From NCBI GenBank assembly GCA_030704615.1, contig CM060731.1, positions 3,286,001 to 3,350,000 on the forward strand: a stretch of DNA of 64,000 nt, read 5' to 3'. This document shows, in pieces, positions 52,740 to 64,000 of this stretch (positions within the stretch are counted from its first letter, which is position 1; the number at the start of each line of letters is the position of its first letter). The position numbers and the translations under genes were made by a program. Source of the stretch: Takakia lepidozioides (taxonomy: Eukaryota > Plantae > Bryophyta). The notes beneath the pieces were generated by a model that saw only the letters and a list, made by a program, of their open reading frames with translations, was not told the origin of the DNA and ran no database searches.

Positions 52740-54545
52740 AACAGGGGAACTGTTGGTTCATCCTTTGAACCATTTAACATTGACATCATACTTGTCCAGT
52801 ATCTTTAAGAGGGCATGTACAAGACACTCGCAAAGTTTCAAATGAATTCAAAATCATTTGGCAGGGGGATGATTGGTTCACCCGAAGCCAATTTCAGGGG
52901 CTGAAATTGCCATTTATGGTGCTCGAATTGCCAATTTGAGGGGCTGGACTTGCAATTTGAGGGGCTGAAACTGCCATTCCAGGGGCTGCACTAGCAATTG
53001 CCATTTCACAGGCTACAGTTGCAATTTGAGGGGCGGGAATTGTCATTTCAGGGGCTAGAAGTGCAATTTGAGAGGTTGGAATTAAATTTCAAGGGCTTCA
53101 ATTGCAATTTGAGGGGTTGGAATTGACAATTTCAAGGGCTCAAATTACAATTTGAGGGGCGGCCGGGGTTGGTCATTTTAGGGACTGACAGTACCAACTT
53201 TAAGGGCTTGAATTGCATTTTGAATTGTAATTCAAGGGTTACATTGTGCCATTGGGGGGCTAGAATTACCAAAGCAATGACATCCAAAGCAATATAAAAT
53301 CATTTGATAGCAGAATGATTGGTTCACCCTTTCAACCATTTTTTATTCACGTCATACTTATCCGGTACTTGTAGGAGGGCATGTGGCTGACACTTGCAAA
53401 GCTTCAAAGCAATGTAAAATCATTTGATAGGGGAACAATTGGTTCACCCTTTCAACCATATTTTACTAACCTCATACTTGTCCGGTACCTTTAAAATGGC
53501 ATGTAAAAGACACTTGCAAAGCTTTAAAGCACTCCAAAATCATTTGATATGTTCATGATTGATTCACCCTTTTAACCATTTTAGATTGATTTGAACTTGT
53601 GAAAGACGTGTAAGAGGCCATGTACAAGACACTTGCAAAGTTTCAAATCAATTTAAAATCATTTGGTAGGGGGACGATTGGTTCACCCTTTAAACCATTT
53701 TAGATTGATGTCATACTTCTCAAAGACGTGTAAGAGGGCATGTAGAAGACACTTGCAAAGTTTCGGAGCAATAAAATATCATTTCATTGGGGAAGTTTCC
53801 GTTCACCCTTTCATCCAATTTTGAATTGAACTGCATTTTTACTAAATAAAATGATTTAGAGGGCATAGGATTGTGGGGCGCAGTGAGTGTGGGGAGCAAT
53901 GATTTTGTTTTTGGCTTGATTTTGTTCTATGAGTTGAACCCTCACACCACCACATCCTTGCCAAAAAATGTACCAAAGAAAAATGTTTGGAAAAAAACGT
54001 TCATCCTTTGCTTTATGCTCACTATTGCAGAACTCTCTATGAAGAGTACATGAAGTTGAAGATAACTTCACCTTGGAGTGCAAATGAGGGAATAAAATGT
54101 GTTTTGGATGCAGACGATGTCTGTTCATGGTGATATTTTGCATGCAACTCTTCATGTTGTTATCAAGCATATGGCTTCAGAATGGAATTAAAAACAATTC
54201 ATGTGCAGGCGAAAGGTTGTTTCTCCTTATGAATTTGAATAACCAATTCAAACAACTTTGTTGAAGTTTAACTTTGGTCCATATGTGCTTAAGTACGTAC
54301 AAATCATGTACTCAAAGTTGCAAGCGAAGAAATAATCATTTGCCCCCCGAACGACTCGTTAAACCTTTCAACCAATTTTCAATCATGAATCATTTAATAG
54401 GGGAACTATTGGTTCACCCTTAGAACCATTTTAGATTGACCTCATACTTGTCCGGTAACTTAAAGAGGGCATGTACAACACACTCCCAAAGTTTCAAATC
54501 AATCTAAAATCATTTGGCAGAGGAATGATTGGTTCATCCATTGAC
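52740..54545 (+). repeat. ~120-bp tandem units (forward block 2) interrupted by a ~21-bp minisatellite (52890-53270) and a diverged piece of the 1014-bp monomer (53870-54090)
   Basis: GGTTCA(C/T)CC-like at ~52754, 52875, 53321, 53441, 53561, 53679, 53801, 54411, 54531; TTGCAATTTGAGGGGCT repeats. Confidence 0.85.
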
Positions 54546-54709
54546 CCGATGTACACTGTCACTCTTCAAGATTCGTGGGTGTGGTGCTTGATTATCCCAT
54601 ATGATGGATCCAGGTGCCATGGCCAAGTAACAAACCATTAAAACATTATGGTACGAGACAAACACAATTGAAAACAACATTTATTCAAGCATGATGTACA
54701 GTCAGAGGT

Positions 54710-56385
54710 CTACAAGTTTCTATTCATCCTCCAGCAATTTTTGGGCTCAGGCCAATTGAATAGTCCCGTCACGAAACGCTTCACAACATTTTCTAGTTTG
54801 TACCGCAACTCTACTGTGTCTACACACAAGTTTTCCAGAGCGGAAGCAAAACAGGTTCCAGTAGACATATCGTTGAACAGACTTGCATCGAACGTGTTAT
54901 CCCCATTTATTGCCTGGGCTATCTTTCCAATTGCAAAGGTCTCTGATGGCACGGTCAGAGGGGGCCTACGAGGTGTGCCATCTGACTGGTTGTTGGCTAC
55001 ATTATGAACAATTGCAATTTCAGGTGCAAATCCACCATCTATGTGTGAGAGTCTTTATCATATTGTTTCTGCTCTCGAAATGTACAACGTGGTTTTTGGG
55101 TCATCCGTCGTGGAGACCATCCCCCAATCGCATACCCCGATGTACACATCTTCAGACCCTTGTGGAAAATGCAACAAGATGTTGTCGGGGGACATGTCGT
55201 TGTGCAAGAGGTGGTGATTATGGACGTTGAGCATGATGTACAAAAGCGCCCATGCCAATTGGATGCGATTCTGTCGGAATCGAACCAGTCGGTTGACCTC
55301 CTGCATTTCCTGCTCCGTCCCCCGTCATTCCATTAACTCCCTGTTATCCCGATCATTCCCCCATTTCCTGTCAATACTCAACCATGATTGTATGGTCCCC
55401 CCATTCCACCAATGTGTGTAACCTTCATTTCGACGTGGATGCAACGCAAAATACTTTATGATGCCGAAATGATGGAACTTTACAGCCAACGCCTCATTGT
55501 TATGTTGGATTTTGGCAAGCTCGACATTTGTTTCCCTGGGCGTTTTCCCTGCTAGCTCCCAAGATGGATGAATGAATTGATCCCCAACAATTCTAACCCT
55601 CCGAATTGTACCATACCCTCCCTGTTTGGGCGCGTCGAGTTGTTGTACCTGTGCGTTTGTGGATATGTATCTCACGTTCAATGCCGCATCCGCGGACGAG
55701 GACCTTGCCTTCCATGGGAGTGGTTTGTACGTCGTTTGGCGTGGGCATTTGCCATGTCAGACCACCAATCCACAAGCACAAACAACTCTTCCTTCGAAGT
55801 TGGCATGCAACCTTCAGCTACAGGTGTTCTCGTAACAAACTTGTCCATGGTTTGCCACAGATTCCATGTGGCATCATGGGCCCGGTCCTCCATCCATTTG
55901 GTGAACTGGAACTTCGCCCTGTCCTCCTCCCATTCATCCCCGGCCAAAGCCTCCCTCATTCTCATCTTCATATTGTGCTGGAATATAAGGAACCCCTCAT
56001 TCCCATGTCGGACATACAAAAGATTCAAACGCATTATGTCATTGTCCTTCAAATAATCCAGCACTACTTGCTTCACCACCTCTGCGGCCTCTACACTTGG
56101 ATAGTCTTTTTTGTTGACCTGACTATCCCGTTCATGTGCATGTTTACGCTTCCTACCTTTACGCCCATTTCCCGAGGAATCCCCTGTCACTGTGTTCGAA
56201 GCAACGTTTCCGGACATGATGAAAGTACTATGCGGAATAGACGCGGCTTCGTAACGGAAAACTAAACCCAAACTATTGATAACCTTATATATTAGCAGAC
56301 CAATTTCCTCACCTTCTATTGGTATAGTACCCAAAACAAACTCTCCCGCAGTCCCAGGAAAAAAAGACAAAAACTCCTCCCCCAC
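54710..56385 (-). pseudogene. Protein kinase cargo gene with ~230-aa unknown N-terminal domain; stops/frameshifts
   Basis: QGGYGTIRRV Gly-loop, LAGK, NEALA, GIIKY, HNDMSPDNILL, VCDWG, SETFAIGKI. Confidence 0.85.
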
Positions 56386-56579
56386 ATAAATCCACTTTCT
56401 TCCCCCCCCCCACGCTCAGTCCTGACCACCGAAGTTCAAACTCCAAGAAGCCCCAGAACCGCACTCACAGAGAGGGAAAAAAGTGGGTTGGGAATGAGGG
56501 GTAGGCCCTTATATACTGCCTGGAGAGGCCTGACGTGCGACCGCCTCTGCTGCCCATTCACGCCTCGCCACGTGTCCAG

Positions 56580-57056
56580 GGAGCGGTCGCACCTAATAAC
56601 AAAAAAGAAAAAGTCTGCGACCACCACCGGTTGGTGGTCGCACCCATTTAAAAAATAATTAAAAATGTGCGACCATCCCCTGCTGGTGGTCGCACCCATT
56701 TAAAAAATAATTAAAAATGTGCGACCATCCTCTGCTGGTGGTCGCACCTATTTAAAAAAAAATGAAAAAATTGTGACCACCACCTGCTAGTGGTCGCACC
56801 TATTTAAAAAAAAAGAAAAAATTGCGACCAACACCTGCTGGTGGTCGCACCCAATTTAAAAAAAAGAAAAAATGTGCGACCATCCTCTGCTTGTGGTCGC
56901 ACCTATTAAAAAAAATGAAAATGCTGCGACCACCACCTGCTGGTGGTCGCACCCATTTAAAAAATAAGAAAAAATGTGCGACCACCCCCTTCTGGTGGTC
57001 GCACCTATTTAAAAAAAATAAAAATCTATCCGACCAACCTTTGCTGACGGTCGCAT
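56580..57056 (-). repeat. Palindrome array 3 (~10 units) upstream of kinase
   Basis: TGCGACCA..CTGCTGGTGGTCGCA units; minus-strand TATATAA at 56509-56515. Confidence 0.92.
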
Positions 57057-57390
57057 GATTGAGAATATAAATCATAATATATGAATTTTACAGATAATTA
57101 ATGAAGTCCACGTAATGAGCCCACATCGGTTGCCACGTCGGTTCTCATAGTAAATAGTCAATAGTAAAGTAAAAAAATAAACATATTTATGTACAGTAAC
57201 GTCGGTTTAGGACGTGACGTGACGCACGTCCGTTGCTGATGTCAATCTGTCGGTGAGAGTCTCGTTAAGGACTCCGTGTGCGAGCCCGAGTCCTGTCACT
57301 GGCTGATGGAGATGATTGAGCACTACCTGGAAATGTTTGACCCTCCTTTGGCTGATAACGAGGTAACCTCTCAAGCATAGGAGATCCCCG

Positions 57391-59800
57391 TCATTTCTTC
57401 TCTGCCATCTGAAGTACATAGTCCTCTGCCATGTCAAAAGAGTCCTCTGAAGAAACAGTAGTATCAGAATCCTCGTCCCCCCTTAAGTGTTTTAACGGCC
57501 AAACTTTAAGTGGCTTCTCGGGAATCTTGCGTGGCATACAATGTGGGCCCACCATGTCTGGAAGTTTAAACTGTACGACTTGCTGTAAGCGCTTGCAAGC
57601 AAAATTAGTGAATGCCCTGAACTCCTTAGCCGTGTAGGTGAGAGGTGTGCCAATGACTTTGGAACAGTGTAAGTATTTCCAGGCTTCATGTCCCTTAAAG
57701 AAAATATCCTCAGGGCCAAATTTCTGTGTTGCCAAATTGTTCCAAGCCGAATTAAACCATGAACAAAGTTGGGAATCCTTCTGCATAATAACTTTTGCAT
57801 CATATAGGTACATATGAGGTGACACTGAAGGTAAGACCCAATGATCCCCACTGGAATAACTCAGAAATCGTGATTGCATCTTCTGCTGCTCAATGTGATA
57901 ACGTGCCATAAAACAAGCAGCATAGTATAATCCACAGCCCATGACAATACTAGATACCTCCTTGGTCTTGGTATAGATGTACCCATGTACAACCTGGAAG
58001 GCAATTAATTCCTTCAGCATGGTACCTGCCTCAGACCAGTACCTTGCAAAGTGATGATCCTCAATGGGTCGATTATTCGGAAGAATCTTAGTCCGAGTTG
58101 CCACTGGCAACCAAATGCGCATGATCTGGTAGTAATGTGCCAACGACTGCGGAGGACTAAATTCCTTCCAAGCCAAATCCAGCACAATGGGAATTTGGTT
58201 GAAGGGCATAATCATAGCCCGACTGTACTCCCGTGCAGCATGAGTCCTAGGTGGGTTAAAAGCATCATCCCCCCATACCTCAGGCTGTGGTTTGGCTGTA
58301 GTAGCAACAGGGTCAGCTACCTGCACAGGCACCCGTTGTGGTATTGGTACCACTGACCCTTCTATCACTGACATCTCCTGCACCCCCTGCAAAGAAGACT
58401 GAAAAATTAGAGTCCTAGCATGTAAATAAGTAGCCATCAGTTGCTCCTCAAGAACAAAAACTCTCTTGAGTCTGCAAGCCTTCCACATCCTCCTGTAGTT
58501 CCGCTATCCTACTATAGACATTGTCTATAGTACAACGTTGTGGCAATGTTATGCACCTACAATCTGAGCTCATTCATCTCGCCCTGGGTGAGCTTCCTTG
58601 GTGCTTTGCCTTCTACCGGCCCTTGTGCTAACCAAACCTGCATAAGGTGGTTATCTACCAAGTCCTGTGTGGCACCCCTGAGAGTCTGCTCCTCCGTGAG
58701 TCTGTACACATCTAACTACTGCTGTAAAGCCTCCATGCGCTTGCATGAGGTTCAACCAGGCCCGCATAGGCAGCAGCCAGATTATTGGCTTCTTTCCAAG
58801 CCTTGTTAGCCACAGAGAGTTCATTTCTATTGACCATGACTGTTTGTTGCAACTCCAGGATGTACCTCTCCTGGTCAGCCTCAACCTGTCTGTACTGTTG
58901 GAAAGTATTCTCATTGCGACAGATTGTAGCATGCAAATCAACAATGAGTTTCCCTTGCTCTATTATCTCAGCTTCTGCCATCATACATCTCTCCCCTTGT
59001 CTATTAACTTCTAATGCAGTTTGCTCTAGAGCAGTTGTGAGTGTAGCACATTGTATGGTCATCCTCTGATGTACCGCCTCCAACTCTGTATGTAGTACGT
59101 TCATTTCTTGCAACTTGCCTTCATGCTTCACCTACAATTGGTATAACTGTTGCTTGTGTGCTTCATGCAACTGGTCCTACTCGAGACCTGCTTCAATCAA
59201 ATCTCCCTTAGCCAACTGCAAGGCAGCCTTTGTGTCCTCCAACTCTTGCTGTAACTTGAGATTGACCTCCCCATCTACCTTCTTAGCACACTCAGTGGCA
59301 ATTCGAGTCTCAAACTCCTTCCTGAGTTCCTCCCTCAAAGCTGCCAATTGGGTAGATGGAACATGGGATTTCACAAAAAGTGCCCAACAAATTGAGTGTC
59401 CTGCTTATGGAACTCATAAGCATGGCCTGTTGGGGGTTATCATGGTGAACTTGCTACAGTTCCCCCTGATCTTCCACAGTGTGATGCTTCACCAACCATT
59501 CAGGCCATTGCCCCACCAGATCCTCTTCCTGAACCACCTCATCCTCCACAGGTGCTGCAGTGTCCTTATATTCTACCCCTGCCCTGAATGCATTAATGGG
59601 CCCACAAATAGTTTTGGTTGATGTACTGGGTAGGTACTCTGACGGCTCAATGTGGCTTCTTGCATGATGACACCCGCTTTTGCAATATATGCACTGCGGT
59701 GTGCTTCGCCCTGGCGACCATGTGTTCGTTTCTAGACTTGCCTCCGTCTTCCCCTGTCCACATGGCACCTTCTCCGAGTTTGACTTCCAAGCTGTCTTTT
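57391..59800 (-). pseudogene. Extra ORF downstream of integrase in gypsy element C (coiled coil + unknown ~365-aa domain)
   Basis: Collinear ORFs 59177-59374, 58712-59131, 57391-58488 in same sense as pol; start uncertain. Confidence 0.6.
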
Positions 59801-59883
59801 CACCCGCCGGCCACTTTCCGGACGTTAACCCACGTCCACCTGTCACTGACCCTATGGACTGTGTAACCCGCGTGTGCTGTGTT

Positions 59884-60040
59884 GGGCTGTGACAGACTGT
59901 GTCAAACTGTGACGAGCTGTGATAGGCTGTGTGACACTGTGGTGGGCTGTGTGACACTGTGATGGGCTGTGATAGGCTGTGTGGCACTGTGGTGGGCTGT
60001 GATAGGCTGTGTGGCACTGTGATGGGCTGTGATAGCTATG
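59884..60040 (-). repeat. GGCTGTG tandem array between integrase and extra ORF
   Basis: GGGCTGTGATAGGCTGTGTGGCACTGTG repeats. Confidence 0.85.
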
Positions 60041-60179
60041 CGAACACCTGTACTTCCCGCCTTGGTCATACACGCTCGGCTTAGCGACAAGTGCTCCATA
60101 CTCTGTTGGTATCACCGGCGCAGCCCGTGACTGTTTTTGTGTTTCAACATGCAAATCGTGCTGCAATGGTTTGTCATGG

Positions 60180-63100
60180 ATACCACTGTATCCCTTCAAC
60201 TTATTGGCATTGACTCTTCCCAGCATTTCTTTGTTAATGGTTTGTAACATGGCGGTGTTATTATCATACATCTTCTGTATGACATAAGGTCATTTCCATG
60301 GTGATTTAAGCTTAGAAGCTTTAATCTTCCCCTTCTTCTGCAACCACAGTACCAAATCTCCCGTCTTAAAAGTCTTTAATTTACCTTCATCAAACTAGTC
60401 CTTCCTCTTCATCTGAATTCTGGTCATGTTATCAGCTGCATCAGCACGTATTTCTTCCACATGGTATAATTCATATTTCCTGACCTTAATTGAATCTTCC
60501 AATTCCATTCTCCTTCCCCATTCAATTCTCATGGTAGGTAACAAGAATTCCACTGGAAGTAAAGCTTCCATACCATAAACTAATTGGAATGGTGTATACT
60601 TAGTGGTGACTTTATATGAAGTCCTGTATGGCCACAAAGCTGTCAGCAGCTTTGTATCCCAATCTGTTCTGTTTGCATTGACTATCTTAGCCAAGATAGT
60701 AATCTGCCTGCCCATTACCCTGTGGGTAATAAGTTGTACTCTTCCTATGCACAATCATGAACTCTTTAGTCAATAGTTCTATGGTCTCATTAATGAAGTG
60801 ACTTCCCTGGTCACTGATAAATTCCAGGGGACAGCCAAATCGTGTAAGTATGTTCTCATACATGAACCTTGTTGTGGACTTAGCTGTGTTGTCCCTCAGA
60901 ACTTTAGCTTCCACCCACTTTGTAGTATAATCAGTGGCTGTGATTATATACTTAATCTGTGTATTCTTGGCTGGTGGGTTAATTGGTCCAACAAAGTCTA
61001 GTCCCCATTTCTGAAATGGTTCAGTAGGCATCGTAGGATGCAAAGCCATCTTCCCAGATCTCTGCAATGGTCCTAGCCTCTGACACTCATCACAACTTTT
61101 ACAATACTTGTGTACATCCTTGAACAAAATAGGCCACCAGTAACCTACAAGTAGTATCTCTCTACTGGTAGTCTCTTCTCCAAAATGACCTCCAGCCACT
61201 CCTTTATGAACTTCCTCCAAAACTTTATTTACTTCATGGTGGTACAAGCATCGTTTAAGTACTCCATCAGGTCCTAGCTTATACATTCTGCCCCCTACCA
61301 TAGTATAAGGTAAAGACTTGATAACGATTCTCTTCCTCTGCTCCTTTCCATAACTAGGTGGGAACTGACCATGAGTAAGGTAGTATCCGATTGGCCACTG
61401 CCAATCTAACCAGTCATGTGCACTTCCCTGCACCTCCACTGCAAATAAACTCGCATCAGGTAATTGGTCGTCTACTCCTGTGGCTGGCTCTCCTGTTGAT
61501 AGGCGTGACAAGTGATCTGCCACAAGATGCAAACGACCAGGCTTGTAAACAACCTCGAACTCAAACTTGTGCAAGATTATTAACCACCTTGCTATCCTTC
61601 CACTTATCAAAGGTTTGTTCACCAGATATATCAGAGCCTGGTGATCCACATAAAACATAAACTTCCTTCCCAATAGGTAATGCCTGAATTTCTTGACTGC
61701 ATAAATCATTGCCAGTGCTTCTCTTTCAGTTGTGCTATAGTTCCTTTCAGCACTGTTCATCAACCTGCTAGCATAGTACACATGTGAATCTATATTTCCT
61801 GTAACATTTTGGGCTAACACTGCTCCCAACGCTTCGCCTGAGGCATCACAGTGAATATGAAATACTACATGCCAGTGAGGGTTAATCAGCACAGCTGTAG
61901 TTGTTACTGACAATGTAAGTTCCTCAAAAACCTGTTGACATTCAGCTGTCCATGCAAACACTGCATCTTTCTTCAGAAGCTTGCTCAATGGTGCTGCTAT
62001 CTGTGCATACCGTCTGACAAATCTTCTGTAATAACTGGTTTGTCCAAGGAATCTCCTTAGACTCTTAACATTTACTGGTGGTGGAGAGGCTTTAATGGCC
62101 TCTGTCTTTTTGGGATCCACAAGAAGTCCCCTCTTACACACAATGTGTCCCCAAAGCACCCCTGAGTTCACACAGAAAGTACACTTCTCTGGATTCAGGC
62201 CCAGACCTCTCATCCTGCATCTGGCCAAACATAACTCCAATTTATGCAAGTGCTCATTCTTAGAGCTGTACACACTGAAATCATCCAAGAACACCTGCAT
62301 GTAATCAGATACTCATGAAAAGATTCACTTATCACTCTATGAAAGGTTGCTGGTGCATTACAAAGTCCAAAAGACATGACTTTGTATGCATAAGCACCCC
62401 AGTCTGTGATGAAAGCTGTCTTTCCCTGGTCTGCTTCTGCCACTTGCACTTAATTATAACCACTGAAGCCATCCATGAATGAGTACATCTCATGGCCTGC
62501 CACAGTGTCCAATACCGCTTCTGTGAATGGCAAAGGGAAATGATCTTTCTTCGTACAAGCATTCAACTTCTTATAGTTCACACAAACTCTCAGTTTACCA
62601 TTCTTCTTGGGAACTATCACAATGGGTGACAACCAAGTTGTATACTCTATCGGGTATATAAACTTAGCCTCAGCCAACTTCTTGATCTCTTCTCCAACCT
62701 TTTGTGCATAGTTGGGATTCATTCTGTACCTTGCCTGTTTGATTGGTACTGACCCTGGTTCCAGTTCAATCTTATGCTGACAGATCTCAGGTGGTATCCC
62801 TTTCAGATCCTCGTAGCTCCAAGCAAATACATCTCTGTATTTGATTAACAGACTCTTAGCTTCCTCAAAGAATTCTGGCTCCAAATCAGCCCCTATCTTC
62901 ACCATCATCGGTTCCCTTTCAGTTTCCACATTCACTTCTCTCACTTGCTCATCAGCTGTGATTGTGCAACCAGTCACCACTTCATCCTATAAACTCACAG
63001 TGGCTGGTTCATCTAGGATTTCCATTTCTCCCTCTCTTTCTTCATAGAAATGTGGTGGGTAACTGCTTGTTTCACCCTCAATTGGTGTTGCCGTCACTAC

Positions 63101-64000
63101 ACCACAACAGATACCTTTTAAACAACTTAGGCCTTCTAGTTGCAACTCTGCAACCTGCTCCCACTCTGGGTGTGCAGCAAACAGGGTAGCTTCCTGCTCC
63201 TCATCAAGTCCTCCCCTCCAGTCATACTCCCTGACCCCTCGAGGTCTTCTCGTAACAGGTAATCTACTAGATTTCTTAGTGGTGATTTGTATCTTGTGCA
63301 TCCCATCATGCACAGTTAGTAACTGGGAATTCCAGTCATGGAATACCCTGGCCTGTTTCAGCCACGGTCGACCCAGCAATAAGGAGTAAGCTTCCATGAC
63401 TTCATCCATTTTCCACACAGTTACTGTGATCTTAAAGATCATCTTTTGAATCTGTATCTTAACTCCTCTTATCAATCCCAATGGCTGAACACTTCTTTGA
63501 TCTGCCATTGTTACTGTAAATGGGGCTGGTTTCATGTTACTTAGACCAAGCTTCTGCCTTAATTGGTCTGTCATGATATTCACTCTAGAGCCTTCATCTA
63601 TCAGTACATCAGTTAGTTTTGTGCTTCCAATTCTCAATTGGATTACTGGCATAGAATCATCAAAGTCCATGACTGTTTCTCGCCCTTCCGGCTTCACATT
63701 ATAACTGGTCACCTTGCTGTTCAGGTCTGTGTTCCCTGTCACATGGGCAATCCGATTGATTGCTTGATACAGCCTGTATCTACAATAAGGTGCCACAGCC
63801 AATAGCTGTCCAATGGTAATCTCCGCTTTGGACTGACATATTACTTCAGCCAAAGTCCCTTCATTACTCTTCATTTCTGCAGCTTCTTTCTTCCCTTCAT
63901 CCTCATTCACTTCCTCTTCTCTTTCAGAATCAGAGGAATCTGCCATAGGAATATCAGTACTCTTCTGCATTTCCCTTATGGTATCTGCCACTTCCTTGTG
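60180..64000 (-). pseudogene. Non-chromovirus Ty3/gypsy element C pol (protease-RT-RNaseH-integrase), decayed, runs off window
   Basis: VLIDEGS..LLLGRPWL; LRVCVNYKKLN, FMDGFSGYN, FLDDF; IHCDAS; GGHFG..CDECQ, WGLDFVGP, ISDQGSHF; no chromodomain seen. Confidence 0.92.

Larger units (their letters stand above)
38996..57245 (+). mobile_element. Large hAT-bounded unit (~18 kb) with cargo; right terminus truncated
   Basis: CAGGGTTGCAC start; CGTCACGTCACGTC at ~39017 mirrored by GACGTGACGTGACG at 57211; inverted subterminal arrays of same palindrome; hAT transposase. Confidence 0.65.

Noticed and set aside
57391-58488. Retroviral env gene
   Set aside because: Env-like position but no signal peptide or clear transmembrane segment seen; left as unknown extra ORF

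Overview
Eukaryotic (land-plant, most plausibly moss/bryophyte) heterochromatin-like window made almost entirely of nested, decayed transposable elements; no intact host gene is recognisable. In order: a frameshifted MULE/SWIM transposase (1.8-5.3 kb); a non-chromovirus Ty3/gypsy element A (gag + LTR, 5.9-9.6 kb, second LTR at 37.3-38.3 kb); two nested Tcn1-like chromoviruses B1/B2 (9.6-21.4 kb), one carrying a 1.8-kb insert with a protein-kinase fragment plus two long hairpins; a PIF/Harbinger element interrupted by a MITE; an endonuclease-bearing Helitron (RPA, OTU, Rep, PIF1, APE; 23.3-32.5 kb); an ~18-kb hAT-bounded unit (39.0-57.2 kb) carrying transposase, a RING-H2 gene and a protein-kinase gene, each behind an array of the same palindrome, with a fold-back satellite between the convergent cargo genes; and a second gypsy with a long extra 3' ORF (57.3-64 kb). 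Two target-site duplications and one split reading frame show that a segment of up to ~31 kb is inverted. All assignments come from reading motifs by eye; no searches were run and some boundaries are approximate.
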